Assembly (NCBI GenBank): GCA_002269645.1
Contig: NIVC01000906.1
Coordinates: 1 to 64,000 of the forward strand
Length of the DNA stretch: 64,000 nucleotides
Source of the DNA: Macrostomum lignano
Taxonomy: Eukaryota
Direction: 5' to 3'
The translations under genes and the position numbers were made by a program. Position 1 is the first letter of the stretch; every line of letters starts with the position of its first letter. This document shows positions 60,976 through 64,000 of the stretch, one piece after another. The notes under the pieces are model-generated. The model did not search any database, had not been told where the DNA came from, and saw only the letters and a program-made list of their open reading frames with translations.

Positions 60976-63900
60976 AAGAAGGCATTTTTTTTTTCTTTTT
61001 CAATCTGACTAGCTAGTTATTATGTTTAATACAGTAGTGTGACCATGGAAAAAGAAAATTGAAAATCTATATAAAGGGTTTAGTTGAAGGGCCTTAATGA
61101 GCAAGATAATAATTTAGCAATACTTTTTAAGTGATAAGTCTGTTTTGTGTAAACATGTCAAAAGTTAGTAATGAAAATTTTAGTTATTTTGTTTCTAGGT
61201 ATGTATTATTATGTGGCAGTATCAGCAGGTACTGTCTTGATCAGTTTGTTGATTTCACACTTTTTCAATGTTATTTTATAATTATTGACGTAATTGTAAT
61301 AACATCTTCATGCCACTTTCCTAATTTTTAGATAGACATTTTCTACATTCTAAACACATCTAAACATGCATTGATTTTGTTGTATTTTACTTTTTGATCT
61401 TAACATTTGTGCTCAATTTTGTTTAACTTTATATGGACCTACAAACTATAATATACTAAAAGACCTGATTTAGATTCCAATCCCAATCCTACCCAAAGAT
61501 TTCAATCCCATCCAACCTTTACTGAAGGATTCTTTATTAACAAAATTGAATCTTTATTATATCTTCTCTTTCTCTATTATTAATTAGCAACTTAATTATT
61601 ATTATATCAATTATTATTCTTAACAATCATTTACCATTCCTAATATTATAAATATTGATACAATAATAGATTTTAAACTAATTACCCATAAATTGCATAA
61701 TATAAAAACTTGAATCTTTTAGACTTTGTAATGCTAGTTTATTCCCTACATTAGGCTCTATGAGTATATGATTATATATCTATCAAATATATTACTATAA
61801 ATTTATCAATATAAACCATTGGCATTAGTGGTAATGCTATGCAAAAATTGGGATAAATATAAAACAAGGTTTCATTTGGTACTAGGTTACTTATTTTATT
61901 TGGTAGATAAATATCTATAAGTTAGGCTATAGTAAAAGCTAAAGCCAAAGGGAATGTTTATATAATATGATTCCATTATTGTATATAGGGTATCTTCCTA
62001 AGATATGAAGATATACATCACACCTAATAATACAAATTACTATAAATAGCAATAGAAAGAGTAAAATATATAAACCTAGGCTCATTATTAGGGTCTATCT
62101 ATTTAGACATTTAGAGATATGGTCATTTTAGTTATACACCACTAAGGGAAAGGCTATAATAAAGGCTGCCCCCTATATTATAGCTTGTAATCTAAATTAT
62201 TTGCACCTTTTAAATCTCCCTTGCTATTTATTAATGTAGGTAAGGCTTAAGCCTAATCAATTTAGGCCTAATATAGACTTAGATAAAGAACAATTAAATC
62301 CAATAATAAAAAATGCAAAATTCTTATTTTCTTAGCTTGACAAATTAATTAAATGTGGCAATCATAGTCTATGGTTGGTAGTCTTTGACCTCATTTTATC
62401 AAACTAGCTAATAATAATGGGCTAGGCCTAATCCTATTATGTTGTACATTGTATTATAGATACAATAGGTCAATAGCCTAAAAACTATTAGCTAAGGCCT
62501 AGCCTAGATAGGCTTACCAAATTTATAAGTAGGCCTAGGCTTAAATTTCTAGACACATGACTAAGACTGCCACAGCTATTACTGGCTACTAGTTTAAGCA
62601 AGGAGGAGCTACCAATCTTTTATCGTTGCTATTCCTCTTATTAGGCCTAGTCATAGGTTCTTCTCTTTCAGGCTTGTTTTGCTAGCTCTCCCTATCCACT
62701 CATTTTCTCTTTAGCACTATTAAATAACATATTGAGCCAAATTCCTCTCCTAGCTCCTACGTGTGGCAGTCTTGGTGTGTGGCAGTCTTGGTCATATACC
62801 ATAAAATTTCTACTATATAGCTAAAAGCTAGGCTTAAACTATTTAATATAGACCTAAACTATAATTAAACTATATCATAGTATAGGGCCTACCCCTACTT
62901 AATTGATAGGCTACGCCTAGACCCCTGCCCTAGGTGCTAGGTCCAAGTCATAAAAAATTAGGCCTAAGTAGGCTTAGGCCCTAGTGTAGAAACTAGGCTT
63001 TAATCTAGAAGTCTAATGAGGGGGCCTAAGAAAGAAGAATACAATACAAAAAATTCTTACTTGTTTCAGTATAGGCCTAGGCTCAATACCAACCAAACAG
63101 AAGGCCTAGGCCACATAAAATCAAAAAGAACAGAGGAGAGTCATAGAGAGGAGTTGAGAACAAATGGGGCCTTGTAAGTGAATCAAAATCAAAATCAAAA
63201 TGTATAAAAAGTATTGCCTTGTTAGGCTTTTGAGAAAATGCACAAAAATATTCATGCATGTTCTTTACTACCAATTAGGCTTCCTTTGTGCATGCACCAA
63301 TTGGCCTTAAGAAGGTTTCTCTATCAACATAGGTGAACAGGACTGCAATGGAGTGCAACGAGACCACAATGGAGTCATGGACAAAATCCTAAGTGATAAT
63401 AGATTGGATATTAAGGTTTGACTCAATTTAAACATTTTTTGCTAAATCCTATGATATAGCGCTACTGCACAAATGCAATTTATAAAATGTTTCTATTTTT
63501 TTCTATCAATTGCAAAAACATGTAGTCGCACTTTCATAAGAATTAAATTAATGTATTGATACACTTAATAAATGCACTGTTACTTAAGCTAGAAATTCTT
63601 ATTGGTAGACCTAATAAATCTTGGTCTTTAAAGAACTTTCGATTTGTTTAAACTAAGGTTGATAGTTTAAATTTTTCAGTCTTATTTTTACACCAAAACT
63701 ACTTTAGAGTTGGAAGCTTTGAGCCTCTTCACAGAAATCGATTCCAGAACCAGAATTGAGGATAATAAAATGGCACTTAAAATCATTTCAGAGTAAATGA
63801 TGTAAATGAGTAAATAAATAGGCCATTAGCTAAAGTGGTATATTACAAAAAATATAACATTCTTACAAGTTTGTTTGCAGCTAAATAATAGCTTTAAAAT

Positions 63901-64000
63901 TTTGGCATTCTTTCATTTTACAATCACATAGCACTGTCCTTATGGGAGTCAGGAATTTCATTATATGATCTTCCATAGAAGATAAAAAAGTTAAGTTCAA

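Overview
This is an animal (eukaryotic) genomic window with spliced genes, not prokaryotic DNA. GC-rich exons separated by minisatellite-filled introns resemble the flatworm Macrostomum; that assignment is inference from sequence style only. Genes reconstructed by hand from GT-AG junctions: an RNF217-like RBR E3 ligase (-, 2 exons), a secreted PAN-like + LamG-like protein with one frameshift (+), an hnRNP L orthologue (-, 4 coding exons found, start exon not found), an 11-exon HD-PTP/PTPN23 orthologue (+, about 2259 aa, with a 4.1 kb repeat-rich exon), tRNA-Gly(GCC), a multiply disrupted DEG/ENaC pseudogene (+), and a MIF4G/PAIP1-like gene (-, 2 coding exons). Mobile DNA: hAT-like non-autonomous elements with TIRs and 8-bp TSDs, a nested mariner-like foldback, LINE and Gypsy fragments, and a spliced relic with a CxC2/CxC3-like (KDZ transposase-associated) cysteine cluster. 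About 20 distinct tandem repeats are present, including a 4.4 kb 23-bp satellite. The most notable patterns are: (1) sharply bounded CpG-depleted domains over the 5' parts of three genes, with direct TpG/CpA decay evidence; (2) a transposon subterminal motif amplified into about 45 tandem consensus 5' splice sites inside an intron; (3) a prion-like repeat expansion in HD-PTP. Most short ORFs in the supplied track are repeat or antisense artefacts.
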